A stretch of 64,000 nucleotides of DNA from Bdellovibrionales bacterium. Its GTDB lineage: Bacteria > Bdellovibrionota > Bdellovibrionia > Bdellovibrionales > JAUICD01. Every line of letters begins with the position of its first letter. The stretch's first letter is position 1. This document shows, piece after piece, positions 1 through 9,562 of the stretch. Both the position numbers and the translations under genes were made by a program. The notes below the pieces were generated by a model. The model ran no database searches and was not told where the DNA came from. It was given only the letters and a program-made list of their open reading frames with translations. Location of the stretch: assembly GCA_965197425.1 (NCBI GenBank), contig CBDANC010000012.1:153077-217076 (forward strand). The letters run 5' to 3'.

Positions 1-1394
1 TTAATACAGCCAATCCGTGTCAAGACACTTGTTGTCCTAGACCCAAAGCACTTTGTGAAGTACAGAGTGATAGCACATGTACAACAACATTGGATCCAAA
101 GGACTCAAGCACCCAAACAAATGTGAGCAGCGAAATACATGTAAACGGCAGATCAGATATAGGTTATAAGGTTAAGCTTTCGCTTGTAGTTCTTTGCGAC
201 AATCCGGCAGACCCCACTAAATGCAACAAAGATCCTGAAAAAGACGAAGATATTGAAATGCAATGTGATATGGATAGGGTTTTCTCCTATGCACCAGATA
301 CCATACCAATAAAATTCAAAGAAAAAATAGAACCCATAGAAGATGAAGGAGATCCAATTAGTGATGACGATTACAAGGCTGATAACAATGTAGAAATACT
401 TACAGTTCCTCCTACAATTGATCCAGCTTTAAAAAAATATATCTATGGCAAGTCGTATCTTTTTAGAGAAAATATACATGATGATGCCGCCCAATGCGGA
501 GTTTTAGAAGAAATAACACCTGGAACTAAAAGACTTTTTAAAGCAACCTTTGAGCTTCTTGAAACTACCGAAGAGTTACTATCTTCAGTTTTTTACTGTA
601 AAATTGATCACAAAGTTTTCCAGTCCGACTCAGGCAATCCGCCTAAAGCAAACCCTACTACACCCGGTTGGGATCTGAAAGAAGGAGAATGGAAACCATG
701 TGATAATAGTGCAAATAATGTTGGAGCAATAACAGAGATTAAAGTTTTTGTAGACACAGCTGACAAAGATGACTTTAGGGTTGAATTTTCTTATAAGCCT
801 GAAATTGATGCTGATCATAGAATACATCTGGTAGCAGTTGATCCTGCCGGAAATGCATCAGAAATAAAACGAATTAGTTTTGCCAGCAAAAACTGTAAAA
901 AATACTTAAACAACCTCAACGATCCTTTAGAAAAAATGCATTGTAAAGACAACCCCTATCAATGGTGTGAGAAGATCGATAGGAATCCGTGGGAAGATCT
1001 TCAAGATACACCAGACCCATTGAATAATTCAGTCAATATTTATGATCATAGAAAAAATGGAGCTAGTTGCAGGTATTATAAAATAGTAGAGAAGGATTAT
1101 ACAACCCCCACAGACACATTGGATCCCAATCTATGGAACACGTATGGTTGCAGTATAAGCTCTTGTTGCATCATAGGAAACAGCGGTTGTAGTTGCCCCA
1201 TCACAACAGAGGATCAATGCAACATATACACCTATAGTAGTGTAGCATGCACAGATATGCTTCCTAGGGATGGTTACGTTCGTAAGAGGGGTTGTGAACA
1301 ACCTAATAGTGGTCAATGCCAGTCAAAAACTTGCCAAACCAATCCCCCCCATCGGAAGCCAGGTGCACCACCACCACCTACCTGCCCTCTATAA
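1..1394 (+). CDS. Cys-rich, probably surface/secreted protein with an Ig-like motif (5'-partial; frame is open from the window start)
   Basis: Frame 3 has no stop from position 3; Big-type strand motif HLVAVDPAGNAS; many Cys; Pro-rich C-terminus. Confidence 0.6.
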   Translation, partial: NTANPCQDTCCPRPKALCEVQSDSTCTTTLDPKDSSTQTNVSSEIHVNGRSDIGYKVKLSLVVLCDNPADPTKCNKDPEKDEDIEMQCDMDRVFSYAPDTIPIKFKEKIEPIEDEGDPISDDDYKADNNVEILTVPPTIDPALKKYIYGKSYLFRENIHDDAAQCGVLEEITPGTKRLFKATFELLETTEELLSSVFYCKIDHKVFQSDSGNPPKANPTTPGWDLKEGEWKPCDNSANNVGAITEIKVFVDTADKDDFRVEFSYKPEIDADHRIHLVAVDPAGNASEIKRISFASKNCKKYLNNLNDPLEKMHCKDNPYQWCEKIDRNPWEDLQDTPDPLNNSVNIYDHRKNGASCRYYKIVEKDYTTPTDTLDPNLWNTYGCSISSCCIIGNSGCSCPITTEDQCNIYTYSSVACTDMLPRDGYVRKRGCEQPNSGQCQSKTCQTNPPHRKPGAPPPPTCPL

Positions 1395-1429
1395 TAGCTT
1401 TTAGTGTGGAGCTACAAATGAATGAAAAA

Positions 1430-1504
1430 TGGATGGGGCAGCAGGATTCGAACCTGCGCATCATGGGATCAAAACCCATTGCCTTACCGCTTGGCCATGC
1501 CCCA
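1430..1504 (-). tRNA. tRNA-Gln (TTG)
   Basis: Reverse complement TGGGGCATGGCCAAGCGGTAAGGCAATGGGTTTTGATCCCATGATGCGCAGGTTCGAATCCTGCTGCCCCATCCA: cloverleaf, TTG anticodon, GTTCGAATC T-loop, encoded CCA. Confidence 0.97.
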
Positions 1505-1578
1505 ATAAAAATAAACTTTCACCTAAAAAACCAAATTTGTCCATACTTAAAACATGGCCCCAAACACCAGATTTTTTG

Positions 1579-2019
1579 CTAAAAACTTAATACTATTTTT
1601 CTAAAATTGGGGTCTTCTACATAATCAATACTAACTTCTACCACAGGCATTTTTAAATCAACTTCCTTTAAAAGCCCTGGCCACTCCACTACTATTAACC
1701 TACAAATATTTTTATCACCCAACAAATTTACTACATCCCAAAATCCAGTAGAATCTAAGTCCACCAAACTCTTTAATCTATAAAAATCAAAGTGATCTAT
1801 GACATAATTTTCAAAAACATAACTGTTGTGAATAGAAAATGTAGGAGAACTTACCAAACTAAATTTTCCACCACTTAACCTATTAACCAAAAATTTTACA
1901 AACTGAGTTTTTCCAGAGCCTAAATTACCACTTAATAAAATAACACTACCAAAAGTTAAATTATCACAAAATTTATAAACAACATTCTCTAAACCCTTCA
2001 AATCAACTTGCTTTTCCAC
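1579..2019 (-). CDS. tsaE: tRNA threonylcarbamoyladenosine biosynthesis ATPase TsaE
   Basis: GNLGSGKT P-loop, SSPTF, HFDFYRL, VEWP; probable GTG start at 2019 (the ORF extension to 2094 reads through a repeat). Confidence 0.93.
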   Translation of the reverse strand: MEKQVDLKGLENVVYKFCDNLTFGSVILLSGNLGSGKTQFVKFLVNRLSGGKFSLVSSPTFSIHNSYVFENYVIDHFDFYRLKSLVDLDSTGFWDVVNLLGDKNICRLIVVEWPGLLKEVDLKMPVVEVSIDYVEDPNFRKIVLSF

Positions 2020-2193
2020 CACCTTGCAGGTGGAAGCATTTGATGGCGATTCAACATACATCATATTTTGTACTCCACCGGCCAAATGCCACACCCGTAG
2101 GGTGCCACCTTGCAGGTGGAGGCATTTTTAATATTATCTAAAACACACATCATATCTTGTACTCCACCAATTAAACACCTGTGCCGTAGGCAC
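2019..2193. repeat. Family A element, two tandem units (GNA-triloop mini-hairpins flanking a central imperfect stem)
   Basis: Hairpins CCACCT-TGC-AGGTGG (2019, 2105), CACCC-GTA-GGGTG (2092), GTGCC-GTA-GGCAC (2181); core CATCATAT(T/C)TTGTACTCCACC repeated. Confidence 0.9.
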
Positions 2194-2203
2194 TTGTAAG
2201 GCA

Positions 2204-3670
2204 CTAATTTTCTATACTTTTTAATATCTTGGGAAGAAGTTTTAAAACATCACTGGCCATCATAGAATTTTTTGAAAATCCCTGTTTTACCCATTCATCT
2301 GCAGTTTTGCCATGAACATAAGCTGCCAAGCCAGCAGCATCCAAAACATCCAAACCTTGTGAAATAAAACCAACAATCATACCAGATAAAACATCACCAG
2401 TACCAGCTGTGGCCAACGCAGAATTACCAGAGTTAATAATATCTACCCTTTTAGTATTACCAATCAAAGTTCTAAAACCCTTTAATAAAACATTACATCC
2501 ATACACCTCTGAACATTTTTTAAGAGCAAGAATCCTATTATTCTCCACTCCCGAAGCACTGCACCCAAGTAAACGAGCCATCTCACCACTGTGAGGAGTC
2601 AAAAGCCAACTAGGAGGAAGCTCTCTAATACCATACCTTGCTAAAACACTTAATCCATCTGCATCTAAAACCACATTTTTTATTCCCTTACTTTTTAAAA
2701 AATCAATTAACTCCTTAACCCTTTCATCTATACCCAAACCAGGGCCTATTGCATATGCCTTGTAATCAACACAAATCTCAGTAACACTTTCAATTTTTGA
2801 AGCAATAATATCAGGCGTTTCGGCCAAAAAACCTTTGGGATCATCAAAGCTATTTAAAAATACATAACCAGAACCAACTCTAAATGCACCACGACTAGCT
2901 AAAACCCCAGCACCCCACATACCATCTTTACCAGCCACTATACAGGTCTTTCCATTCGAACTCTTGTTGCTATCAAAAGCCCTTTGAGGAAACAAACTGC
3001 AAGCAGTTTTTTTATTAAACAAAAAAGTACTATCAGCAACCTTGTCTACATCAGTATACCCAATATCAACACAAAAAATTTCTCCAGCAAGCCCAGGGCC
3101 CTCGCATATATAAAGCCCAGGCTTAGCTAAACCAAAAGTCAATGTCCACTGAGCTTGTACCGCTTCATTCAAAATTCTACCAGTATCACAATCTAAACCA
3201 GAAGGTATATCCACACTAAGCACCGGAGCAAGAGACTGGTTCATACAAGATATAGCACTAGCATACAAACCATCCACATCTTTACTTAATCCCACACCAA
3301 AAATACCATCTAATATAAGACTTGCCTTATCAAACTTATCTTTAATAGCCTCCGATCTATTAAACTGAACAACATCAATACCCACATCATCCAAATGCTT
3401 ATTCTTATCTCCCAACAAAATAACACTGACATCTTCAAACCCAGCATCAATCAATAATTTTGCTGCATATAAAGCATCCCCGCCATTATTCCCAGGACCT
3501 ACCACAACCAAAATAGACTTAATCTCCAAATAAGAAGAAATTTGATTTTTTATAAATGAAAATAACTCACCCGCAGCCTTCGCCATAAGTTTTTTAGAAT
3601 CCCCAAGCTCATCAAGCCTCTTGCACTCCTCTCTTAAAGCAAGTCTAAACCTAAAATTTTCCCTCATCAT
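2204..3670 (-). CDS. nnr: Bifunctional NAD(P)H-hydrate epimerase/dehydratase (YjeF)
   Basis: GPGNNGGD, DIPSG, GPGLG, LTPHSGEMARL, AGTGDVLSG motifs. Confidence 0.95.
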   Translation of the reverse strand: MMRENFRFRLALREECKRLDELGDSKKLMAKAAGELFSFIKNQISSYLEIKSILVVVGPGNNGGDALYAAKLLIDAGFEDVSVILLGDKNKHLDDVGIDVVQFNRSEAIKDKFDKASLILDGIFGVGLSKDVDGLYASAISCMNQSLAPVLSVDIPSGLDCDTGRILNEAVQAQWTLTFGLAKPGLYICEGPGLAGEIFCVDIGYTDVDKVADSTFLFNKKTACSLFPQRAFDSNKSSNGKTCIVAGKDGMWGAGVLASRGAFRVGSGYVFLNSFDDPKGFLAETPDIIASKIESVTEICVDYKAYAIGPGLGIDERVKELIDFLKSKGIKNVVLDADGLSVLARYGIRELPPSWLLTPHSGEMARLLGCSASGVENNRILALKKCSEVYGCNVLLKGFRTLIGNTKRVDIINSGNSALATAGTGDVLSGMIVGFISQGLDVLDAAGLAAYVHGKTADEWVKQGFSKNSMMASDVLKLLPKILKSIEN

Positions 3671-3766
3671 ACCTCATACTCCACCGACTAAATACCAACC
3701 CTACCATAAATTACACCGTATTATAAATGTAAGGATTTAGGTGAGTGGCAATAGCTTTTATATAAT

Positions 3767-3884
3767 GGGATCGGCATCAGTGTCCAGAGCTGGGCAACCA
3801 TCAAGCTAAAAAGTGCCCTGGCTTCACTTGTACTTTGTACAATCGTTACGTCAGTCCATTTTTTAACTTGATTCGGAAGACCTT
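3767..3884 (-). repeat. Family B element (long-hairpin type)
   Basis: Reverse complement AAGGTCTTCCGAATCAAGTTAAAA...TTTTAGCTTGATGGTTGCCCAGCTCTGG...GATCCC matches copies at 30611 and 63848. Confidence 0.9.
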
Positions 3885-3957
3885 GAAAGGTTCAAGCAAA
3901 GCGTCCCAGAGTTAATGCTGTTGCCATGAACCTTATACCATAATGACAAAAAACGGT

Positions 3958-4103
3958 GAAGCCGAAAGGCTTCGAAAGCCCCCCGCAGGGGAATACTACG
4001 CCCGTAGGGCGCCACCTTGCAGGTGGAGGCATTTTTAATATTATCTAAAACACACATCATATTTTGTACTCCTTCAATTAAAAAATACTACGCCCGTAGG
4101 GCG
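3958..4103. repeat. Family A element with extra mini-hairpins; overlaps the pdxJ stop
   Basis: GAAGCC-GAAA-GGCTTC, CCCC-GCA-GGGG, CGCCC-GTA-GGGCG twice, CCACCT-TGC-AGGTGG; core nearly identical to 2105-2175. Confidence 0.9.
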
Positions 4104-4816
4104 GTTTTCATTTTTTTTACAGATGCTTTCAAGCCGCCATTTAAAGCATCACAGATCAAAAAGTGTCCTATGTTAACTTCCCTCAAATGAGGTAGCTTTG
4201 CTATTACCTTAGCATGCTCAAAGTCCAATCCATGTCCAGCATGAACCAATAAACCAAGTGAATGTGCCTTTAAAGCACTACCTTTAAGTCTCTGCAGCTC
4301 AGCCTTTTTGTTCTTAACCAAACAAAATCTTCCAGTATGAAGTTCAACTGCATCAGCACCAACATTCTTCGAAGCAACAACTTGTTTTATCACCGGGTTT
4401 ACAAATAAACTTACCTTAATACCAGCTTTTTTCAAAGCTGTAACAACTCTTTTGATTTTAACTTTGTTTTGAAAAACATCTAAACCACCCTCCGTAGTAA
4501 GCTCTTTTCTCTTCTCTGGTACCAAACATACCCAGTCAGGACAAAGCTTCAGTGCAATCTTAAGCATGCCACTAGTACAAGCCATCTCTAAATTAAGCGA
4601 AACTCTAGATTTACTTTTGATAAGGTGCTTTTTGATCTGAAAAAGATCTTCGTCCTGAATATGCCTTCTGTCCTCTCGTAAATGAACAGTGATTTGATCA
4701 GCACCACCCAAGGTAGCACTCTTAACCTGCTCCACTATATCAGGATACCAAGTAGTGCCACCTCTAACCTGCCTCAAAGTGGCTGCATGATCCAAATTGA
4801 CCCCAAGTAGGATCAC
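4088..4816 (-). CDS. pdxJ: Pyridoxine 5'-phosphate synthase
   Basis: LGVNLDHAATLRQ, HLREDRRHI, LTTEGGLD, HAGHGL, NIGH. Confidence 0.97.
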   Translation of the reverse strand: MILLGVNLDHAATLRQVRGGTTWYPDIVEQVKSATLGGADQITVHLREDRRHIQDEDLFQIKKHLIKSKSRVSLNLEMACTSGMLKIALKLCPDWVCLVPEKRKELTTEGGLDVFQNKVKIKRVVTALKKAGIKVSLFVNPVIKQVVASKNVGADAVELHTGRFCLVKNKKAELQRLKGSALKAHSLGLLVHAGHGLDFEHAKVIAKLPHLREVNIGHFLICDALNGGLKASVKKMKTALRA

Positions 4817-6171
4817 AGATCACACTCCTTTAGAAATTCACAGATTTCCTTAGATGCTTTAGATACCTTATCCTTATTAGAACCTTCAACCAAAACTCTT
4901 AAAATTGGTTCTGTACCAGAATATCTGATAAATATCCTACCCTCTTTTCCTAAATCCTTTTCTATTTTAGATATAAGATCACTATACCCAGACACACTAT
5001 CCAAAGACACTTTATTAGAAACTTTTAGGTTAGTTAATACCTGAGGGGTTTCAGGAACAAGCTTTCTTAAAGCACCAAGCTTTATTCCTTGATTAACCAT
5101 AATTGCAAGCACATTTAAAGCTGTTACCAAACCATCACCAGTTGTAGAGTGATCTAGAAAAATTATATGCCCGGACTGCTCTCCACCTAATGTAAGATTT
5201 CTTTTTTTAAGCTCACTAATGACATACCTATCACCTACATCAGTAGTCACAACATCTATACCATTATCAGACAAAAATTTTCTAAAACCAAAACTACTCA
5301 TGTGAGTTGCTACAATTTTATTGTCCACAAGCTTATTTTTTTTCTTTGCTTCCAACGCACAAATAGCCATTATATGATCGCCATTTAAAATACCACCCGA
5401 TTCATCACACATAATAACTCTATCACCATCACCATCTAAACTAATCCCTAAATCAGCAGAAGTTTCTTTCACAACCTTAACAAGTCCCTCTGGATACAAA
5501 GCACCACAGTTGTCATTAATGTTAAATCCATTAGGCTCATTATTTATCACCTTTACCTTAGCCCCAAGCTCTTCAAATATTCTAGGACCTACCTTGTAAC
5601 AAGCACCATTAGCACAATCTAATACCAAAGAAATTCCATCCAAACTCAAATTACTAGGAAATGTATTTTTGACAGAAACAATATACCTACCAGAAGCATC
5701 ATCTATTCTCTTAGTTCTACCAATCTCATCTTCTAAAGAAACCTTTGAGCTAAAATCCTCTTTTACCAACTGCTCTATCTTTTCTTCCAATGTTTTAGAA
5801 ATCTTAAAACCATTAGAGTCAAAAATTTTGATTCCATTGTCATAGTAAGGATTGTGAGAAGCAGATATAATAATACCAGCATCAACTCTCATACTTTGAG
5901 CCAAAAAACCAATCCCCGGAGTACTAAGAGGCCCTACTAACAAAACATCTATACCCATAGAATTGAAGCCACTAGCCAAAGCCATCTCTATCATATAACC
6001 AGATAAGCGAGTGTCCTTGCCTATCAACACCTTACGTCTCTTGGTAGTATTACTGCGGTTCTCTCTACCCCTTAAAATCAAACCAATGGCCTGCCCTACC
6101 TTTAAAACAAGCTCAGGAGTAATAGGATATACATTAGCCCTAGAACGAATACCATCCGTACCAAATAACAT
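4813..6171 (-). CDS. glmM: Phosphoglucosamine mutase
   Basis: FGTDGIR, SASHNP, DGDGDR, GGEQSGH, RYSGTEP. Confidence 0.97.
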   Translation of the reverse strand: MLFGTDGIRSRANVYPITPELVLKVGQAIGLILRGRENRSNTTKRRKVLIGKDTRLSGYMIEMALASGFNSMGIDVLLVGPLSTPGIGFLAQSMRVDAGIIISASHNPYYDNGIKIFDSNGFKISKTLEEKIEQLVKEDFSSKVSLEDEIGRTKRIDDASGRYIVSVKNTFPSNLSLDGISLVLDCANGACYKVGPRIFEELGAKVKVINNEPNGFNINDNCGALYPEGLVKVVKETSADLGISLDGDGDRVIMCDESGGILNGDHIMAICALEAKKKNKLVDNKIVATHMSSFGFRKFLSDNGIDVVTTDVGDRYVISELKKRNLTLGGEQSGHIIFLDHSTTGDGLVTALNVLAIMVNQGIKLGALRKLVPETPQVLTNLKVSNKVSLDSVSGYSDLISKIEKDLGKEGRIFIRYSGTEPILRVLVEGSNKDKVSKASKEICEFLKECDL

Positions 6172-6242
6172 CCAAAACCTCCCTAATCTAAGCTTCTTAA
6201 TAATACTTTACTTCTAGTACCCTAAGTCAGTTTAATAAACAA

Positions 6243-6329
6243 GTGCCTACGGCACAGGTATTTAATTGGTAAAGTACAAAATGTGATGTATGTTTTAGCT
6301 ACTGTTAAATGCCTCCACCCGCAGAGTGG
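6243..6329. repeat. Family A element, single unit (opposite orientation to the 2105 copy)
   Basis: GTGCC-TAC-GGCAC AGGTATTTAATTGGT...AAATGCCT CCACCC-GCA-GAGTGG. Confidence 0.88.
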
Positions 6330-6332
6330 TGG

Positions 6333-8288
6333 TTAGACGGTTGCTGGGGCTTTTGCGCCTATGGGTGTTTTTTTGTCTTCCTTTTCTTTCTCCAAACACT
6401 CTTCTCTTTGGATATTTTCTTCTTTTAGAGTTTTATCTCTTTTACTTCTCAAATTCTCGATATCCTCTGAGGTTCCACCTTTCATAAGCAGGTTAACCTC
6501 ATCCCCGTCTATAGTTTCATATTCTAGCAGAGTTTTTGCTATATTCTTTAAGATTTGTAAGTTTTGTTTTAGAAGATCTTGTGCTTTTTTATGTCCTTCA
6601 GTGACAAACTTTCTCACCTCGGTATCTATTTCTCTAGCCGTACTATCTGAGTAATCTTTTTCATGACTAGTTTGCATGCCTAAAAACACAGGGTCGTCCC
6701 GTTTTTCAAAGTGAAGAGGACCTAGCTTTTTACTCATCCCCCATTCACATACCATTCGCCTTGCTATTTCAGTAGCCCTTTCTATGTCATTGCCAGCACC
6801 TGTGGTGTAGTCCTTAAAAATAATTTCCTCTGCTGCTCTTCCTCCAAATAAAAAGGCTATCATATTGTGTGCCTTTTCCTTGGTTAGATTCAGCCTCTCT
6901 TCTTCTGGCAAAGTTTGAGTAACACCCAAAGCCATTCCTCTTGGAATAATTGTAACTTTGTGAATAGGATCAACAGAGGGCAAAAGCTTTCCTACCAAAG
7001 CATGTCCTGCTTCATGGTATGCAGTAATCTCTTTATCCTTTTTACTTACCACCATTGACTTTCTTTCAGCTCCCATCAACACCTTGTCTTTTGCAAGCTC
7101 CAGATCTTTCATATCAACTATGTTTTTATTAAACCTAGCTGCCAATAGGGCCCCTTCATTTACCAAGTTTCTTAAGTCAGCACCTGAAAATCCAGGGGTT
7201 CCTCTAGCTATGGTTTCCAAATCAACTTCTTTAGCAGTAGGAACTTTTTTGGTATGCACTTCTAAGATACTTTTTCTACCTTTAATATCTGGTTTGTTTA
7301 CAACCACTCTTCTATCAAAACGCCCTGGCCTTAAAAGTGCAGGATCCAAAACATCAGGTCTATTAGTTGCAGCTATTAAAATAACTCCTTCATTACTGGC
7401 AAAACCATCCATTTCCACCAAAAGCTGGTTTAGAGTTTGCTCCCTTTCATCGTGGCCTCCACCCATACCAGCACCCCTGTGCCTTCCAACTGCATCTATT
7501 TCATCTACAAAAATTAGGCATGGTGCATTTTTCTTTCCCTGTTCAAATAAATCTCTAACTCTAGAAGCACCAACACCCACAAACATCTCTACAAAGTCAG
7601 AACCTGAGATAGAAAAAAATGGAACCCCTGCCTCCCCAGCTACAGCCCTTGCAAGCAAAGTTTTACCCGTTCCAGGAGAACCTACCAATAAAACACCCTT
7701 CGGTATAACCCCTCCAAGCCTGGTGAATCTCTTTGGATCTTTCAGAAACATTATAATTTCATTTAACTCTTCTTTAGCCTCATCAACTCCAGCCACATCC
7801 TTAAATGTAATCTTGTTTTTATTCTCAGTAAGAAGCCTTGCTCTACTTTTACCAAAGCTCATAGCCTTCCCACCACCAGCCTGAAGCTGCCTGAAAAACA
7901 AAACAAATAATACGACTATGATAATCAGAGGAAGCCAACTTATTAACATACTCTGAAAAAAACTCTTTTTGTCATTACTCACATAATTTGGAATAATGTT
8001 ATTTTCCTTTAAAAACTTAAAACTCTCATCACCAGTGTTACCAATTATACTGAAACTGGTTCCACCATATTTGTCCTTAGCTTCCTGTGTAAATTCTCCT
8101 GTAATTTCACCTGTTTTTTCACTAAAAGTGACACTTGAAACATCTCCACTCAAAACCGCAGTGTGTAGTTTCTGGTAGTTAAAATCACTTACCAGTTCAT
8201 CTTGCTTTTTAGAGTAAAATTGAAAACTTAAAATAACTATAAGAAACAAGAACATCCATAGTGCAAAAGTCTTCTGAGCTTTTTTCAT
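6333..8288 (-). CDS. ftsH: ATP-dependent zinc metalloprotease FtsH
   Basis: Two TM segments, [16 protein letters not shown] region [23 protein letters not shown]. Confidence 0.98.
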   Translation of the reverse strand: MKKAQKTFALWMFLFLIVILSFQFYSKKQDELVSDFNYQKLHTAVLSGDVSSVTFSEKTGEITGEFTQEAKDKYGGTSFSIIGNTGDESFKFLKENNIIPNYVSNDKKSFFQSMLISWLPLIIIVVLFVLFFRQLQAGGGKAMSFGKSRARLLTENKNKITFKDVAGVDEAKEELNEIIMFLKDPKRFTRLGGVIPKGVLLVGSPGTGKTLLARAVAGEAGVPFFSISGSDFVEMFVGVGASRVRDLFEQGKKNAPCLIFVDEIDAVGRHRGAGMGGGHDEREQTLNQLLVEMDGFASNEGVILIAATNRPDVLDPALLRPGRFDRRVVVNKPDIKGRKSILEVHTKKVPTAKEVDLETIARGTPGFSGADLRNLVNEGALLAARFNKNIVDMKDLELAKDKVLMGAERKSMVVSKKDKEITAYHEAGHALVGKLLPSVDPIHKVTIIPRGMALGVTQTLPEEERLNLTKEKAHNMIAFLFGGRAAEEIIFKDYTTGAGNDIERATEIARRMVCEWGMSKKLGPLHFEKRDDPVFLGMQTSHEKDYSDSTAREIDTEVRKFVTEGHKKAQDLLKQNLQILKNIAKTLLEYETIDGDEVNLLMKGGTSEDIENLRSKRDKTLKEENIQREECLEKEKEDKKTPIGAKAPATV

Positions 8289-8381
8289 AAACTAAAAATT
8301 TCCCTATTCGCTACTTCCACATTACTCTCTTACCGGATTGCCCGACTGAAATACCTTTAGTAACTCTTATCGTATTTATAC

Positions 8382-9311
8382 CTACAAAGCTGGGCAACTT
8401 TCAGTTCTTGCTGAGACCTTCAGTCTAACATGTGTTGTATTAACTAACCACAACCTTTTTGCAACCTTAAACTTAAAATTTTTTGTTTTACTCCTAAGTC
8501 TTTTCTCTATCTCATGTATTTGAGAGTGTGAATAATTTTTAATGTTTTTCAATAGCATGTATTTGGCTATGGCCTCATGTCTTAAATCAATACTAAACAG
8601 CGACATTGTATGCCTGTCTAAACCATCCTTAGTAATACAAAAGCTTAAATCTAGACGCTTAGCATTGCTAATTAAATCAAGAGATCTATGCATATTTTTG
8701 CTTGCCTTAGGGGCCTTCGTTTTAAGTGCATTAAGCCACACATTTCTAACCCAGTTTCTGATATTGGAGTTATCTTTGTTTGAAGGATCTTCTAAAAATT
8801 TGGGTTTAAATTTTAAAAGTTCATCCTTCGAAAAATTTAAAAGTGGTCTAAAAATATTATTATCCATGATCCTCATTGATACTAATCCATTTGCACCAAC
8901 CCCTCTTATAAGTCTTAAAATCCTTGTCTCCAAAAGATCTTCCATATGATGTGCTGTTACTATTAAAGCCTTTTCCCTTTTTGCTATACTTTTTAAAAAC
9001 TTTAATCGCTCCCTCCTACACTCTGTTTCAGTCTTTAAAGTTGTTTTGTGCTTTTTATAAAAAAACTCAAAGTCGTAAAGGGCTGTCTGTTTTTTTACAT
9101 GCAAGTATGCATTTTTTCTGTATGAACTTATGCCACCATGATGAAAATGAGCTACAGCTATTGTAATAGGGAACTTCTTTGATATGTGGTGCATAATCTT
9201 TAACAAAGCCATAGAGTCAAGCCCACCAGATACCGCAAGGATCATGTTGGTGTTTAAAAGATCGTACTCTAAGATTGTCTTTATAACCTTTTTTTCTAAT
9301 GCATTATACAT
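8382..9311 (-). CDS. tilS: tRNA(Ile)-lysidine synthetase
   Basis: AVSGGLDS PP-loop, TAHH.ED..ET, RPLL, EDPSN; upstream of ftsH. Confidence 0.92.
   Translation of the reverse strand: MYNALEKKVIKTILEYDLLNTNMILAVSGGLDSMALLKIMHHISKKFPITIAVAHFHHGGISSYRKNAYLHVKKQTALYDFEFFYKKHKTTLKTETECRRERLKFLKSIAKREKALIVTAHHMEDLLETRILRLIRGVGANGLVSMRIMDNNIFRPLLNFSKDELLKFKPKFLEDPSNKDNSNIRNWVRNVWLNALKTKAPKASKNMHRSLDLISNAKRLDLSFCITKDGLDRHTMSLFSIDLRHEAIAKYMLLKNIKNYSHSQIHEIEKRLRSKTKNFKFKVAKRLWLVNTTHVRLKVSARTESCPAL
8386..8420 (-). repeat. Miniature family B/C element inside the tilS 3' end
   Basis: Reverse complement AAGGTCTCAGCAAGAACTGAAAGTTGCCCAGCTTT carries both family end motifs. Confidence 0.65.
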
Positions 9312-9562
9312 TCATGCTTCCTAAAGAATAAATGCCTTCTAACACATAAAACCTCTACAAGATAGGAGTCAAAAAGAGTATATCAGTCCTAAATATTTTA
9401 CCTATAGTTTTTGTATCTAGACCTAGGTGTTGAATAAATATGTACACCTCCAGGTTATTATACATAATCTGAGATATTTTTGATAAGATTTGACGAGGTT
9501 TGAACAAGACTTAGAGCATAAGTATTTTTCTTTGAAAAGATAAATTTATAAGGGTAACTACA

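Noticed and set aside
1316..1582. 88-aa ORF
   Set aside because: Antisense read-through of tRNA-Gln.
3887..3934. Integron attC site
   Set aside because: No RYYYAAC/GTTRRRY boxes and no integron integrase in the window.
3863..4060. Small ORFs across repeats (also 62132-62353, 42624-42833, 50644-50877 and the tsaE extension 2020-2094)
   Set aside because: They are translations of repeat DNA; shared peptides such as NASTCKV and HPLRGRYL just reflect the repeat sequence.
7084..7884. 266-aa antisense ORF and other shadow ORFs inside genes
   Set aside because: They lie opposite well-conserved genes such as ftsH and show no independent motifs.
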